64,000 nt of DNA from Candidatus Zipacnadia bacterium (GCA_029820295.1 JALGVA010000001.1:51476-115475), one strand, 5' to 3'; counted from the first letter of the stretch, positions 38,961 through 49,063 are shown. Notes: a model not told the origin generated them from the sequence alone. Program-made: numbers and translations.

Positions 38961-40979
38961 ATGATCCGGACAACTCCGGTGATCACCATGCTGCTGCTGA
39001 CGGCAATCGCGACCGCCGCCGGGGAACCGCCCGCGACCTACACCAATCCCGTGTGGGCCGGGGACTTCCCCGACCCGTTCATCATCCGCCACGGCGGCAT
39101 GTTCTACGCCTATGCCACCCAGAACTCGCCCGACGGCTTCCAGGTGATGCAGTCGCCGGACCTGGTGCACTGGACCCATCGTGGGGTGTGCTACCGGCCG
39201 CCGTGGTCGGACGGGCACTACTGGGCGCCGGAGGTCATCGAGCATGATGGTCTGTTCCACATGACCTACTCGGCCACAAACCCCGACACCGATCGCCACG
39301 ACATCGGGGTGGCGATCGCCGCCGACCCGCTTGGGCCCTTCGAGCATCGCGCCATCCTCGTTCGGGGAGACGACAGCAACGGCGGTGTCATCGACTCCAC
39401 GGTCTTCTTCGACGCCGACGGCACGCCCTACCTGCTCTACTCCGAGGAGTCGCCGCGCTGCATCGTCCTGCGGCCCATGGCCGCCGACCTGCTCGGAGTC
39501 GGCGACGAGCGCGTCGAACTCATCCGTCCGGACCGCCCGTGGGAGCGCGGGGTGACCGAGGCGCCGACCGTGCTCCTGCGCAACGGCATCTACCACCTCT
39601 TCTTCTCGGTGGGCTGGTACCAGTCGGACAAGCTCGATGCCTGCTACGCGGTCTGCCATGCCACTGCGCCCTCGATCCGCGGGCCGTGGACGAAGTCGCC
39701 CGGCGCGCTGCTCGAGACGCGGGTGGGGCGGGTCTACGGCCCAGGGCACCAGTGCGTCATCGCCCTGCCCGGTGGCGAGGTGTGGATGGCCTACCATGGC
39801 TGGGACGATCAGGACGAGCCGCGCTACGGCTCGAATCCGCTGGGGCGCACCATGCGCATCGACCGGCTGCGCTGGGAGGGCGACACGCCGATCGTCGAAG
39901 GACCGACCACCACGCCCCGGCCGGCTCCGGTGTCGGCCGCGGGCCCGTCGGCGGACGCGACTGCAGCGGACGGCGGCGATGCCATCACGCTGACCGGCTG
40001 GGGCATCGACACCAGGGACCTGGACGCCTTCATGGCGCAGGCCGCGGCGGTCGGCTTCGATGCGCTCATCTCGTGGTCAACCGATCCCGAGGTCCTCGTG
40101 GGGCTGGTCGAGGCGGGGGCCCGGCACCACATCGGCATCTTCTCCTGCATCTCGCCCATGGGGGGCCTGGCGAAGCTGTGGGCAGAGCGCTATCCCGATC
40201 GTCCCGTCCCGTGGCAGGTCATGACCCCCGACGAGGAGGCCGCCCTGAGCTTCATCACGGCCGGGCGCAACCGCTACATCATCCCCTACCAGTTCGGAGG
40301 GGAGCCGGTGATGACCAACGAGGTCCTCACCACCCGCATCATCTGCTTCAGCAACGAGGAGGCGCGGGAGTTGCTCGAGTCGCAGATCGATGCCATCGCG
40401 GCAGTGCCGGGCCTCGAGGGCCTGGCCTTCGACGGCTTCGGCTACCAGAACTACCAATGCTGCCACTGCGATCGCTGCCGGGCCATGCTGGCCGAGTACA
40501 CACAGGCGCATCCCGACCTGCCGGAGGACGAGGCCAACGTCGTCTGCTTCCGCGATGCCCTGGTCGGCTACATCAACTCCCTGGCCGACTATGCGCGCTC
40601 CCGGCGCCCGGACATCAGAACCGCCATCCACATCTGGCCGGTGTTCGCCCCCGACCCGCTCTACGGCAACCGGCTGGACGTGGACTACTGCGGTCAGACC
40701 GCGGCCTGGTATATGCCCTGGCCCGAGGAGAAGATCGCCGAGTACAGCCGGATCATCTCGGATGGCGCGCGCGACTACTTCCCACGCCAGCAGGGCGTGG
40801 GCATGATCGGCTACTACGACCGCCCCGGGCAGTTCCCGGTCAAGGACGCGGCGCGCGTGGACATGGAACTCAGGACGATGATCGACAACGGCGTGCGCCA
40901 CATCCAGGTCTGCAGCGCCGTCGATGTGGTCAGGAACCCGGAGATCGCCGAGGTCTTCACCAGCCGCTGCGAACGGTGA
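38961..40979 (+). CDS. secreted glycoside hydrolase family 43-like protein with C-terminal domain of unknown function
   Basis: Start MIRTTPVITMLLLTAIATAAG (signal peptide) at 38961; GH43 beta-propeller N-terminal motifs DFPDPFIIRHGGMFYAYAT...WAPEV; about 350-aa Cys-rich C-terminal region (YQCCHCDRCRAML) unassigned. Confidence 0.7.
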   Translation: MIRTTPVITMLLLTAIATAAGEPPATYTNPVWAGDFPDPFIIRHGGMFYAYATQNSPDGFQVMQSPDLVHWTHRGVCYRPPWSDGHYWAPEVIEHDGLFHMTYSATNPDTDRHDIGVAIAADPLGPFEHRAILVRGDDSNGGVIDSTVFFDADGTPYLLYSEESPRCIVLRPMAADLLGVGDERVELIRPDRPWERGVTEAPTVLLRNGIYHLFFSVGWYQSDKLDACYAVCHATAPSIRGPWTKSPGALLETRVGRVYGPGHQCVIALPGGEVWMAYHGWDDQDEPRYGSNPLGRTMRIDRLRWEGDTPIVEGPTTTPRPAPVSAAGPSADATAADGGDAITLTGWGIDTRDLDAFMAQAAAVGFDALISWSTDPEVLVGLVEAGARHHIGIFSCISPMGGLAKLWAERYPDRPVPWQVMTPDEEAALSFITAGRNRYIIPYQFGGEPVMTNEVLTTRIICFSNEEARELLESQIDAIAAVPGLEGLAFDGFGYQNYQCCHCDRCRAMLAEYTQAHPDLPEDEANVVCFRDALVGYINSLADYARSRRPDIRTAIHIWPVFAPDPLYGNRLDVDYCGQTAAWYMPWPEEKIAEYSRIISDGARDYFPRQQGVGMIGYYDRPGQFPVKDAARVDMELRTMIDNGVRHIQVCSAVDVVRNPEIAEVFTSRCER

Positions 40980-41046
40980 GCGCGGGGTCGTATCGCGACG
41001 TCTCAGAGCCGCCCGCCAGGACGCCCCGCCCGACAGGGAGACCGCC

Positions 41047-42282
41047 ATGCCCGACGCACGTGACCTGGACGTGCTGCGCGAACTGGCCACACGAGCCGCC
41101 GGGATAGCCGCCCTGCCCGTGCAGGAGGAGAAGCGCCGGCTGTGGCGCGCGCTGAACCGTCTCGAGCCGGTGCGCCCCATGGTCATGATCGACCAGGTGT
41201 GCTGGAACGAGATGGATGTCAACGGTGAGCTGGCCCTGCGATGCGAGGACCCTGAGTGCCGGGGCTACGAGACCGTGCTGCGGCGCATGCTCTACCAGTG
41301 GGACCATTTCCCGGTGGATATGGTGGTCGAGCCCTTCCTGCGCGTGCCCATGGCGATCCGCAACACCGGCTTCGGCGTGACCTGCCGGGAGGAGGTCGCG
41401 ATCACCGACCCCACCAACCTGGTGGTCGGCCACCACTACATCAACCAGTTCCAGACCGAGGCGGACCTCGAGAAGATCCAGATCCCGCGGATCAGCCACG
41501 ACGAGGCCGAGACCGAGCGTCGCCTCGCCTTCGCCCACGAGGTCTTCGACGGGATCATCGAGGTGCGGGCGTGGGGCCTGAGCCCGGCGATGTCGATGTG
41601 GGACCCCATCAGCACGTGGATGGGTGTCGAGGGCGTGCTGTGGGCGCTGGCCGACCGGCCGGAGTACATGCACCGGCTGATCGGCAGGATGGCCGAGGGC
41701 TATCACCGCATGCTCGACCAGCTCGAGGAGCAGGGCCTGCTGTGCGGCCCCCAGAGCGTGATCCACTGTACGGGCGCGTGGGTGGACGAGCTGCCCGCGC
41801 CCGGCTACGACCCGCAACGACCACGCTGCCGGGACATCTGGACCATGGGGCTGGCCCAGATGTTCTCGACCGTATCGCCGCGCATGTTCCGGGAGTTCGA
41901 GGTGGACTACCTCGCGCCCCTCTGCGAGCGCTTTGGCCTGGTCTACTACGGCTGCTGTGATCCGCTTGATCGGAAGATGGACGAGGTGCGCATGATCCCC
42001 AACGTGCGCAAGGTCTCCATGAGCGCGTGGACCGACCAGGAGCTGGGCGCGAGCGAGATCGGCGGGGACTTCGTGTTCTCGCGTAAGCCCAACCCGGCGT
42101 CGCTGGTAACCGATGTCTTCCACGCCGAGGCCGTGCGCGAAGACCTGCAGACCACCAGGGAGATCTGCGCGCGCCACGGCTGCCCGCTGGAGCTGATCCT
42201 CAAGGACATCAGCACCGTGCGCTACGAGCCCGAGCGGCTGACCCGCTGGGGCGAGGTCGCCATGGAGGTCGCCGCAGGATAG
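41047..42282 (+). CDS. hypothetical protein, possibly a third URO-D-like (beta/alpha)8 family member
   Basis: Start MPDARDLDVLREL with GGGAGA RBS; C-terminal half (VSPRMFREFEVDYLAPLCERFGLVYYGCCDP...KVSMSAWTD) follows the URO-D family pattern only loosely. Confidence 0.35.
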   Translation: MPDARDLDVLRELATRAAGIAALPVQEEKRRLWRALNRLEPVRPMVMIDQVCWNEMDVNGELALRCEDPECRGYETVLRRMLYQWDHFPVDMVVEPFLRVPMAIRNTGFGVTCREEVAITDPTNLVVGHHYINQFQTEADLEKIQIPRISHDEAETERRLAFAHEVFDGIIEVRAWGLSPAMSMWDPISTWMGVEGVLWALADRPEYMHRLIGRMAEGYHRMLDQLEEQGLLCGPQSVIHCTGAWVDELPAPGYDPQRPRCRDIWTMGLAQMFSTVSPRMFREFEVDYLAPLCERFGLVYYGCCDPLDRKMDEVRMIPNVRKVSMSAWTDQELGASEIGGDFVFSRKPNPASLVTDVFHAEAVREDLQTTREICARHGCPLELILKDISTVRYEPERLTRWGEVAMEVAAG

Positions 42283-42389
42283 CGACCCTTCGAGCCCGGG
42301 GCGGGTACCGCCCGGCTCGGGAGAGGCCCCCGGCCTCCTCCGCTCAGTTCGCTGCCCCGTCTGGTTGCCGACTCAGAGCACCGTGCCAC

Positions 42390-45008
42390 TCAATGCTCCA
42401 GGCCCAGGGCCAGGATGCGCTCGATGATCTCCCGGCGCACCAGCTCGAGGTCGCCCTCCGGGTCGATGGCGCCGACCCACTCCTCCGCGCGCCGCGCCTC
42501 CGCCGCGCGGTCGCCGCCGGCCGACTTGGCGGTCTCGATGGCCTCCAGCAGCGTGGTCAGGTAGCGGACGTCGTCCACCGCCTCCCGGAAGCCCTCCCAC
42601 TGCACCGTGCCGACCACGCCGTTGACCGTCGGGTAGGCCATGGTGTGGTCGCGGTAGCTGGCGTTGTCGAAGTCGTTCCATATGTGCGTGAACGAGTGCT
42701 GGTAGGCGTAGTCCATCGCGCCGTCGTAGCCGGCGTGCCACAGCAGCAGCCCGAAGTTGCGGCGGTAGGTCTCCGGCTCCTCGACCCCGCACTGCGGATG
42801 GCCGTAGTTGAGGATGCGGTGGCCGACGCTGTGCGCCTTGACCGCCTCCTCCGGATCGGGCGCGCCCGCCCACACCGGCACGTCCAGCAGGTCGCCGACC
42901 ACGTCGAAGTAGTCGCGGTAGCAGGCCACGAACACCTTCGCGCCGACATCGTGCACCGCCTGGAAGGCCATGCGCTCGGCGCGCAGCCGCTCGCCGCTGG
43001 CCTCATCGATGCCGTAGACGCACAGCTCGTCATAGCCGCGCCCCCGGATGAAGTCCAGCCACGTCTGCACGCCCTCGCGCAGCGCCGCCAGCGCCTCCTC
43101 GGTCTGCGGCGCGCCGGTGCTGATGCCCAGCGTGTAGACGCGCGGGCTGCGCATCCCGGCCGCCTCACGCAGGTCGAAGACCTGGCCGAGCAGGCGCTCG
43201 TCGAAGCTCTGGTAGATGGTCGGGTTCGTGACGCCGTGCGCCACCAGGTCCCGCATCTCGGCGGCGAACTGCTCCGGTGACTTGGCCTCCGAGGTGATGC
43301 TCCCCTGACCATCCGTGGTGAGGCGGCCCCGGTAGTAGATCGAGTACTCGAGCGCCGGCTCGGCGAGCGTGAAGGGCAGCACGCGCACGCGCACCGGCAG
43401 GTCGGTCGAGGGCCCTCCGGCGGCGGAGATGCCGATCGTCCCCTCGTAGCTGCCGGGCGCCGCGTCCGCCGGGATGTGCGCGGTCAGCCAGAACTGCTGG
43501 AGCGAACGGGCCGGGATGTCCACCGGCTGCAGCTCGTCGGCATCGCGCGGCTGCAGCTCTGCGAGGGCCGAGCTGTCCGGGCCGGAGACATCGAGGTAGA
43601 CGTCGGACCCCGGCGCGGAGCGCACGAAGTTGCGCCGCTCCTCGTGGTCAACCCGCACCAGCGTGTCGTCCTTGAGCAGCAGCTCGGGCGTCGGCAGCCG
43701 CTCCCCCAGGTCGCCGATGCCGCGACCGGCCTGGTACCAGCACTTCACCACGTAGGGGTCGATGCACGATGCGTCGAGGCTCTGCTCCCCCGAGCGCAGG
43801 TCGCCGATACTCAGCTCGACGCCGCTCAGGTCGCGGATGGCGTAGACCGAGAAGGTGGCGGATTCGTACTCCCCCGGACAGGCCGTGATCTCGATGCGGT
43901 CGTGGGAGGTGACGCCCTGCGGCCAGCGATTGCTCAGCAGGCGCCGGTTGGTCATGGCGTCGGTGACGAAGATCACCCAGGGCCGCACGCCGCCGTCGGT
44001 GGCGGCGAGCATCGCGGCTTCGTCCCGCGCGTCCTCGACATCAGCCTCGAGCCGATCCAGGCGCCCGCCCAGGGCCGGCCAGTCCTCCCGGAAGTTCCCG
44101 GGCCCCAGCCGCGCCAGGCCGAAGTACATGTTGCGCAGACGCCCCGTCAGGCGCCCGGCCTTGCGCAGGGCATCAGCGCGCACAGGCTCGGGCAGGTCGG
44201 CGGCGTCGGCCCGCAGCTCCTCAAGCGCGTCCTCGAGCCGCTGCATCTGCGGGCGGAGCACGCCGTCGCGCAGGGCGGCGAACTCCAGCTCATCGATGTG
44301 CCGCGCGGTCGCGGCGGCGTCGCGCGTGAAGACGATCTGGCCGAAGTTGGCGCGGTCGTGGAAGGTGCGCTGCAGCGGCGCCCAGGTGGAGTACTCCTTG
44401 TCGATCCACCGCGCGCGCGAGATGTTCCCCCGCCAGACATCCCCGTCACTCACGCTGACGCCGAAATCCGCGAAGGGCACCGCCACTTCAAGGTACCACG
44501 CGTCCTCGCCCTGGGTCGCGGCGGCCTGCCACTGCCCGTCAAAGGTGCCCGGCGACTGCAGCCCGATCTCGTCGTAACGCGTGCCGATGCTGTTCACGAT
44601 CAGGTGGAAGTAGCGCACGCGCTCCTCGAACTGTGCGAGGACCGGCGAATCGGGCGGCACCAGGAAGATCTCGATGCAGTCGTCACCGTAGACCGGCCCG
44701 TCGCGTTGCGTCACCTCCGCGTGGATGTGCTCGATCTCCGGCTCATCGCACCTGACGCCGATGTAGAGGTTGGCGGCGTCGTAGAGCAGATACCCGACCG
44801 ACTGGTAGTCCGCCGGCGTCCCCAGCGTGAGCTTCTGGAAGGGCTCCAGCGGCATGGCCTGGGCCCAGCAGTCGTCTCCGAGGTCGCCGTCGACCACGGG
44901 AGCTACGGACGTGCGCACCGCGGCGCCGACCACGAACGGCAGCCCCTGCGCGTCGGCGCCCGTCACCACGCAGGTGAGTGTCGCCACCAGCATCATCGCG
45001 AAGAGCAT
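42390..45008 (-). CDS. secreted hypothetical protein with N-terminal CBM9/DOMON-like carbohydrate-binding-like domain
   Basis: Signal peptide MLFAMMLVATLTCVVTGADA|QG (possible GTG start at 45023 with GGAGGGAGAG upstream); CBM9-like block DDCWAQAMPLEPFQ...ANLYIGVRCDEP. The ORF-track N-terminal 61 residues are Arg/His-rich. Confidence 0.45.
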   Translation of the reverse strand: MLFAMMLVATLTCVVTGADAQGLPFVVGAAVRTSVAPVVDGDLGDDCWAQAMPLEPFQKLTLGTPADYQSVGYLLYDAANLYIGVRCDEPEIEHIHAEVTQRDGPVYGDDCIEIFLVPPDSPVLAQFEERVRYFHLIVNSIGTRYDEIGLQSPGTFDGQWQAAATQGEDAWYLEVAVPFADFGVSVSDGDVWRGNISRARWIDKEYSTWAPLQRTFHDRANFGQIVFTRDAAATARHIDELEFAALRDGVLRPQMQRLEDALEELRADAADLPEPVRADALRKAGRLTGRLRNMYFGLARLGPGNFREDWPALGGRLDRLEADVEDARDEAAMLAATDGGVRPWVIFVTDAMTNRRLLSNRWPQGVTSHDRIEITACPGEYESATFSVYAIRDLSGVELSIGDLRSGEQSLDASCIDPYVVKCWYQAGRGIGDLGERLPTPELLLKDDTLVRVDHEERRNFVRSAPGSDVYLDVSGPDSSALAELQPRDADELQPVDIPARSLQQFWLTAHIPADAAPGSYEGTIGISAAGGPSTDLPVRVRVLPFTLAEPALEYSIYYRGRLTTDGQGSITSEAKSPEQFAAEMRDLVAHGVTNPTIYQSFDERLLGQVFDLREAAGMRSPRVYTLGISTGAPQTEEALAALREGVQTWLDFIRGRGYDELCVYGIDEASGERLRAERMAFQAVHDVGAKVFVACYRDYFDVVGDLLDVPVWAGAPDPEEAVKAHSVGHRILNYGHPQCGVEEPETYRRNFGLLLWHAGYDGAMDYAYQHSFTHIWNDFDNASYRDHTMAYPTVNGVVGTVQWEGFREAVDDVRYLTTLLEAIETAKSAGGDRAAEARRAEEWVGAIDPEGDLELVRREIIERILALGLEH

Positions 45009-45244
45009 GGCTCGTGCAGACACGCGTACTCTCTCCCTCCATCGCCGCCTGTGGCTGTGCGTGTGGAGCCTTCCCCGCGGGGCGCCGGGGTCCTTCACCA
45101 CACCACGCGGCCGAGTGCCGGACACGGTCGCGCCTTCCCGCGAGTGCTCACGGGTGCAGGAGGAGAACTCGCTTCCCTCGGCGCACATCATGCCTGTCGC
45201 CGGGGGCCGGTCACGCGCAACACCCGGCTCGAGGAGGTCATGTC

Positions 45245-47095
45245 ATGCGCTTGCCGCAGGCGGGTGTCGTCTGGACGTCTCCGAACAGGTGCGGTCCGCT
45301 CGACGACGTGGAGATCGTCTTTGTCTGGGACGGGCTGGACGGCCAGCCGGTGACCTTCCAGCTCACCGACGCCGCGCACCAGACGTACTTCGAGCGCACC
45401 GTCACCGCGCAGAAGGGCCAGGCCGAGCTGGTGGTCAAGCCCGGCGGCAGGCCCGGCGTGCACCTCATCACCGTGCGCACACCGCGGCCGGGCGAGGCCC
45501 CCTACACGCGCTACGGCAGCTTCCGCGTTCACGCACACACCACGGTCACGACGGACACGGGCGAGATCGATGAGCTGCTGGCGCTGCTCGAGGAAGGGCT
45601 GCGTCAGTGCATCGACGTCACCCAGGTCAACGGCAAGCTCCGCACCTACTACAAGGCCGCCGACAACAGCCGCCAGAATCTGGCCTATCCGGCGTTCGCC
45701 ATCGACGGCCTGCGCTACTTCCTCCAGGACGTCAAGTCCATGTTCGAGGCCATCTACGACAACCAGTGGCCCGATGGCCGCCTGCCCGACCATGTCTACG
45801 GCGACAACTACCCCTGCGCCCGGACGCCGCGCAAGCTGCGCACCTGCATGGCCGACCTTGAGATCGGCATGGCGTCCACGCTGTGCAAGGGGTGGCAGGC
45901 GCATGGCGACGACGAGTGGCTGCGGCGGATGCTCCCCGCCGTCGAGGCCGGCCTGGAGTTCGCCCTGACCGACCCGATGATGTACGATGAGACCCACGGC
46001 GCCCTCAAGCGCCCCCACACCCTCGACGAGTGGGACATCGGCTTCACCGAGAGCGGCGAGAACGCCTACACCGACGAGACCTGCAAGTTCGTGCTCATGC
46101 AGGGCGACACGTCGCAGCTCTATCTGGCGTGCACGCTGCTGGCGCAGGCCTTCGAGGCGATCGGGGATCCGGTGCGCGCCGCGCACTACCGCCTGCTGCA
46201 GACGCACTACTTCCACCACGGCAACGAGCTGTTCTGGGACGGCGTGAAGTACCGCCACCACATCCATCTCGACCCCTTCGACCACGGCGACTTCGACGAG
46301 GACGAGCAACTGACCATGAGCAACGCGGCGGCCATCACGCGCGGCTTTGCGGACCACGCCCGGGCCGTCTCGATCATCGATGAGTACGTCCGCCGTTGGG
46401 AGGAGACCGGCGACGCCTTCCCGTGGTGGAGCCTGCAGCCGGGCTACCCGGACCGGCTGGGCTACTTCCGGCGCAACTCGGGCGCGTGGACGCGCGGCGA
46501 GGGTGAGTACGCCAATGGCGGCCTCTTCCCCTGGGTCGGCGGCGAGCTGTGTCGCGGGGCGCTGCAGCACGGCCGGGAGGAGCTGGCGTACCGCCTGCTG
46601 CGCGATGTTCACGCCGTGCTCAGGCGCGATCATGGCGCGCTGTTCACCTGGTACAACCTCGACGGCAGCGCGGCCATCAATGCCCCGCACCATCAGACCA
46701 ACTACGACCCGTGGGGCTTCGGCCCGTGGGCCGCGGCGGTCGTCGAGGAGCTGGCCGGGATCAAGTCGCAGGGCAAGCTGTTCGAGCGCGTCCTGTGCGC
46801 GCCTCGCTGGCCGGCGGCGGGCGTGCGCACCGCCGCCGCTACCGCGCACTTCCCGTCCTCGGACGCCTACTTCTCCTACCGCTACCGGCGTTCGGACGAC
46901 CGCATCGGGCTGCATTTCACCGGCACCGGCCGGCACGTGTGCTTCCGCATCCTCCTGCCCGGATGGCGGGAATGCAGCGGCGTAACGCTCAACGGCGAAG
47001 ACGCGCAGTTCGCGCTCGAGAGCGTCGAGGAGTCGGTCTACGTGGTGGTCGAGTCGGAGATCGGCGGCGTCGGCGAGCTGGCGGTCGTGCGCTGA
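45245..47095 (+). CDS. cytoplasmic (alpha/alpha)6 six-hairpin glycosidase-like protein
   Basis: ATG 45245 with GAGGAGG RBS (7-nt spacer); Trp/aromatic-rich helical-hairpin pattern (WSLQPGYPDRLGYF...GEGEYANGGLFPWVGGELCRGALQHG) typical of GH63/GH78/GDE-like six-hairpin folds; no signal peptide. Confidence 0.45.
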   Translation: MRLPQAGVVWTSPNRCGPLDDVEIVFVWDGLDGQPVTFQLTDAAHQTYFERTVTAQKGQAELVVKPGGRPGVHLITVRTPRPGEAPYTRYGSFRVHAHTTVTTDTGEIDELLALLEEGLRQCIDVTQVNGKLRTYYKAADNSRQNLAYPAFAIDGLRYFLQDVKSMFEAIYDNQWPDGRLPDHVYGDNYPCARTPRKLRTCMADLEIGMASTLCKGWQAHGDDEWLRRMLPAVEAGLEFALTDPMMYDETHGALKRPHTLDEWDIGFTESGENAYTDETCKFVLMQGDTSQLYLACTLLAQAFEAIGDPVRAAHYRLLQTHYFHHGNELFWDGVKYRHHIHLDPFDHGDFDEDEQLTMSNAAAITRGFADHARAVSIIDEYVRRWEETGDAFPWWSLQPGYPDRLGYFRRNSGAWTRGEGEYANGGLFPWVGGELCRGALQHGREELAYRLLRDVHAVLRRDHGALFTWYNLDGSAAINAPHHQTNYDPWGFGPWAAAVVEELAGIKSQGKLFERVLCAPRWPAAGVRTAAATAHFPSSDAYFSYRYRRSDDRIGLHFTGTGRHVCFRILLPGWRECSGVTLNGEDAQFALESVEESVYVVVESEIGGVGELAVVR

Positions 47096-48873
47096 GGGTG
47101 CGCCCGCTCGACCTGGAAGCCGGCCCGGGCGAGGAATCCGGGGAGATTGCGCACCATCATCCGGTCCTTCTCGCGCCCCTCCTCGGACAGCTCATCCCAG
47201 CCCACCAGATCGGGATGAGTCTTGCGCCGGTCGTCGCGCACCTCGCCCCAGCGGTAGCCCTGCCCCCGGCGCTCGGCGCACCAGCGCTCGTGCTCCATGC
47301 GCGCCATGCCCTCGATCTCGTCGGCGCTGAACTCGAAGCGCTCCGCCTCCCAGTCGGTCAGCGGCGCGATGCGGTAGCCGAAGGCCGCCAGCCGCTCGGC
47401 CAGGCAGTCGGCCTGCGCCCGGTTGGCCTCGCGGTAGTGCTCGTCCAGGTCCTCCCACCGGTGCAGCGCCCCGCGCGAACCCAGCTCCGCTCCCCTGGCC
47501 AGCTCGTGGCGCAGGTAGTCCTCGTGCATCGCCTGCGCCAGGGTCTCGTTCACCCCGCGCAGCAGCAGCTCCGGACGGCAGGTCTCGTCCAGCAGTGGGA
47601 AGGCCACAATGCCCTCACACTCGGACAGCAGTGTCTGCAGGCCGCCGCGTTCGGCCACGCGCGCCACGATGGTCGCGTCGGCGCTCCCCCCCAGCCGCCG
47701 ACCCAGTGACAGCGCCGACGTGATGCTCAGCGCGTCCGCCGACAGGCAGACGAACGCCGCCGTCACCGCGCATCGCCCGTCGCCGTCCACCAGGAAGTCG
47801 GCGGTCTCGAACTCAGCCGAACGCACGTCCATCTCGTGGGCCACCAGGTCGCAGATGTCGGCGAGGTGCGGGTAGCGCGCGAGCAGCGAGCGCACCCGCG
47901 CCTGCGCCATCCGGTCCACGACGCCGATGCGCAGGCGACCCCCCGCGCCCGCCTCACGCCACTCGCGCGCGGCCTGCAGCACCAGCGCCTCGCCCAGGTC
48001 GCCCATGCCCACGATCAGCACGTGGGCGGGCCGGTCATCGGGCGCCGCGACGGGGTGCGCGGCCAGCAGCGCGCGGGCGCCGCTCTCATACACGTTGAAA
48101 AACTCCAGGCGGAAGGCCTCGGCGTGCGGCCCGGCCAGGTGCTGCTCGCGCAGCAGCCGGCACAGGGCGAGTTCGACGATGTGCGCGTAGCAGCCCAGCA
48201 CGCCCGACCGGCGCCTGACCGCCGCCGCCCGCGCGCGCACGGCGATCTCGGCGTTCACGCCATCATCGCCACATACCGCGAACAGGTAGGAGGCCGAGGC
48301 GACGTTCGCGCCATTCAGCGCTTCCGGCATCGAGGCGTCGCCCGTCAGCACCGTGACGCCCTGCTCGCGGCAGGCCGCCACGTTCGGGTTGGCCGGGTCG
48401 CTCTCGATGGCGAGCACCCGGTGGCCCTGCGCGCGGAAGCCCAGCGCCAGCCGCAAGCCCTTGTCCCCGAGCCCGCAGATGACCACATGGCCGCGGGCGA
48501 AGCGGGCGGTGAGCCGCGCGAGCTGCTCGGAGAACAGGAGCGCCAGGCCCTGCAGGGCCGTGTAGCCGGTGACCACGGGAGCGAGGAAGCGCGCCAGCTC
48601 GAACTCCCAGATCGTCCCGGGCGACGGCTGCCCGCCCTCGAGCACGAAGAGCTGCAGCGCGCGGTAGAGCACATCCCAGCCCGACCGCGGCTCGCCCAGA
48701 GCGGCGAAGTGCCGGGCGTAGCCGACAAAGCCGATGACCAGCGCCATCAGCCACGCCGCGCCGATGATCGGCCACTGATGCTCGCGCAGCCAGCGCCGGG
48801 CCCGCACGTGCCAGCGACTCGTGCCGGACCCCGGGGCGGTACTCCGCGTCGTCTCAGCCCCCGTGGCTGCCAT
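47038..48873 (-). CDS. membrane protein with two RCK/TrkA-N (NAD-binding Rossmann) domains and a C-terminal ryanodine-receptor (RyR) domain
   Basis: Start MAATGAETT... at 48873 (GAGGAGAGGG upstream; alternative Met 48900). TM segments WPIIGAAWLMALVIGFVGYA and FLAPVVTGYTALQGLALLF. Two GxGxxG Rossmann starts VVICGLGDKG and VLIVGMGDLG. RyR motif MEHERWCAERRGQGYRWGEVRDDRRKTHPDLVGWDELSEEGREKDRMMVRNLPGFLARAGFQV. Confidence 0.6.
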   Translation of the reverse strand: MAATGAETTRSTAPGSGTSRWHVRARRWLREHQWPIIGAAWLMALVIGFVGYARHFAALGEPRSGWDVLYRALQLFVLEGGQPSPGTIWEFELARFLAPVVTGYTALQGLALLFSEQLARLTARFARGHVVICGLGDKGLRLALGFRAQGHRVLAIESDPANPNVAACREQGVTVLTGDASMPEALNGANVASASYLFAVCGDDGVNAEIAVRARAAAVRRRSGVLGCYAHIVELALCRLLREQHLAGPHAEAFRLEFFNVYESGARALLAAHPVAAPDDRPAHVLIVGMGDLGEALVLQAAREWREAGAGGRLRIGVVDRMAQARVRSLLARYPHLADICDLVAHEMDVRSAEFETADFLVDGDGRCAVTAAFVCLSADALSITSALSLGRRLGGSADATIVARVAERGGLQTLLSECEGIVAFPLLDETCRPELLLRGVNETLAQAMHEDYLRHELARGAELGSRGALHRWEDLDEHYREANRAQADCLAERLAAFGYRIAPLTDWEAERFEFSADEIEGMARMEHERWCAERRGQGYRWGEVRDDRRKTHPDLVGWDELSEEGREKDRMMVRNLPGFLARAGFQVERAHPQRTTASSPTPPISDSTTT

Positions 48874-49063
48874 CCCAGGCCCTCTCCTCTGACCCGCCAT
48901 CTCGCGTGGCTGCAGGCTTCTCCCCGGCCGACCGTGCACCTCCAACGCCCGTCGTGCGCGGGGCACGATCCGCGCGCCGAGGCGTCCCTGCTCGAAGGCC
49001 CCGTCGGCCATCGCGTGGAAAGGGCCCGCCACTGCGTGCAGGCCGACTGAGGAGGTCGGGGCG

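Noticed and set aside
42283-42389. Imperfect GC-rich inverted repeat (gagcccggggcgggtaccgcccggctc) between convergent genes 41047-42282 and 42390-45008
   Set aside because: Arms contain bulges and mismatches; could be a bidirectional terminator but pairing is too imperfect to call.
42393-46936. ORFs 42393-43280 (+), 43476-45353 (+), 45188-46936 (-)
   Set aside because: Antisense shadows of the CBM9-like and six-hairpin genes.
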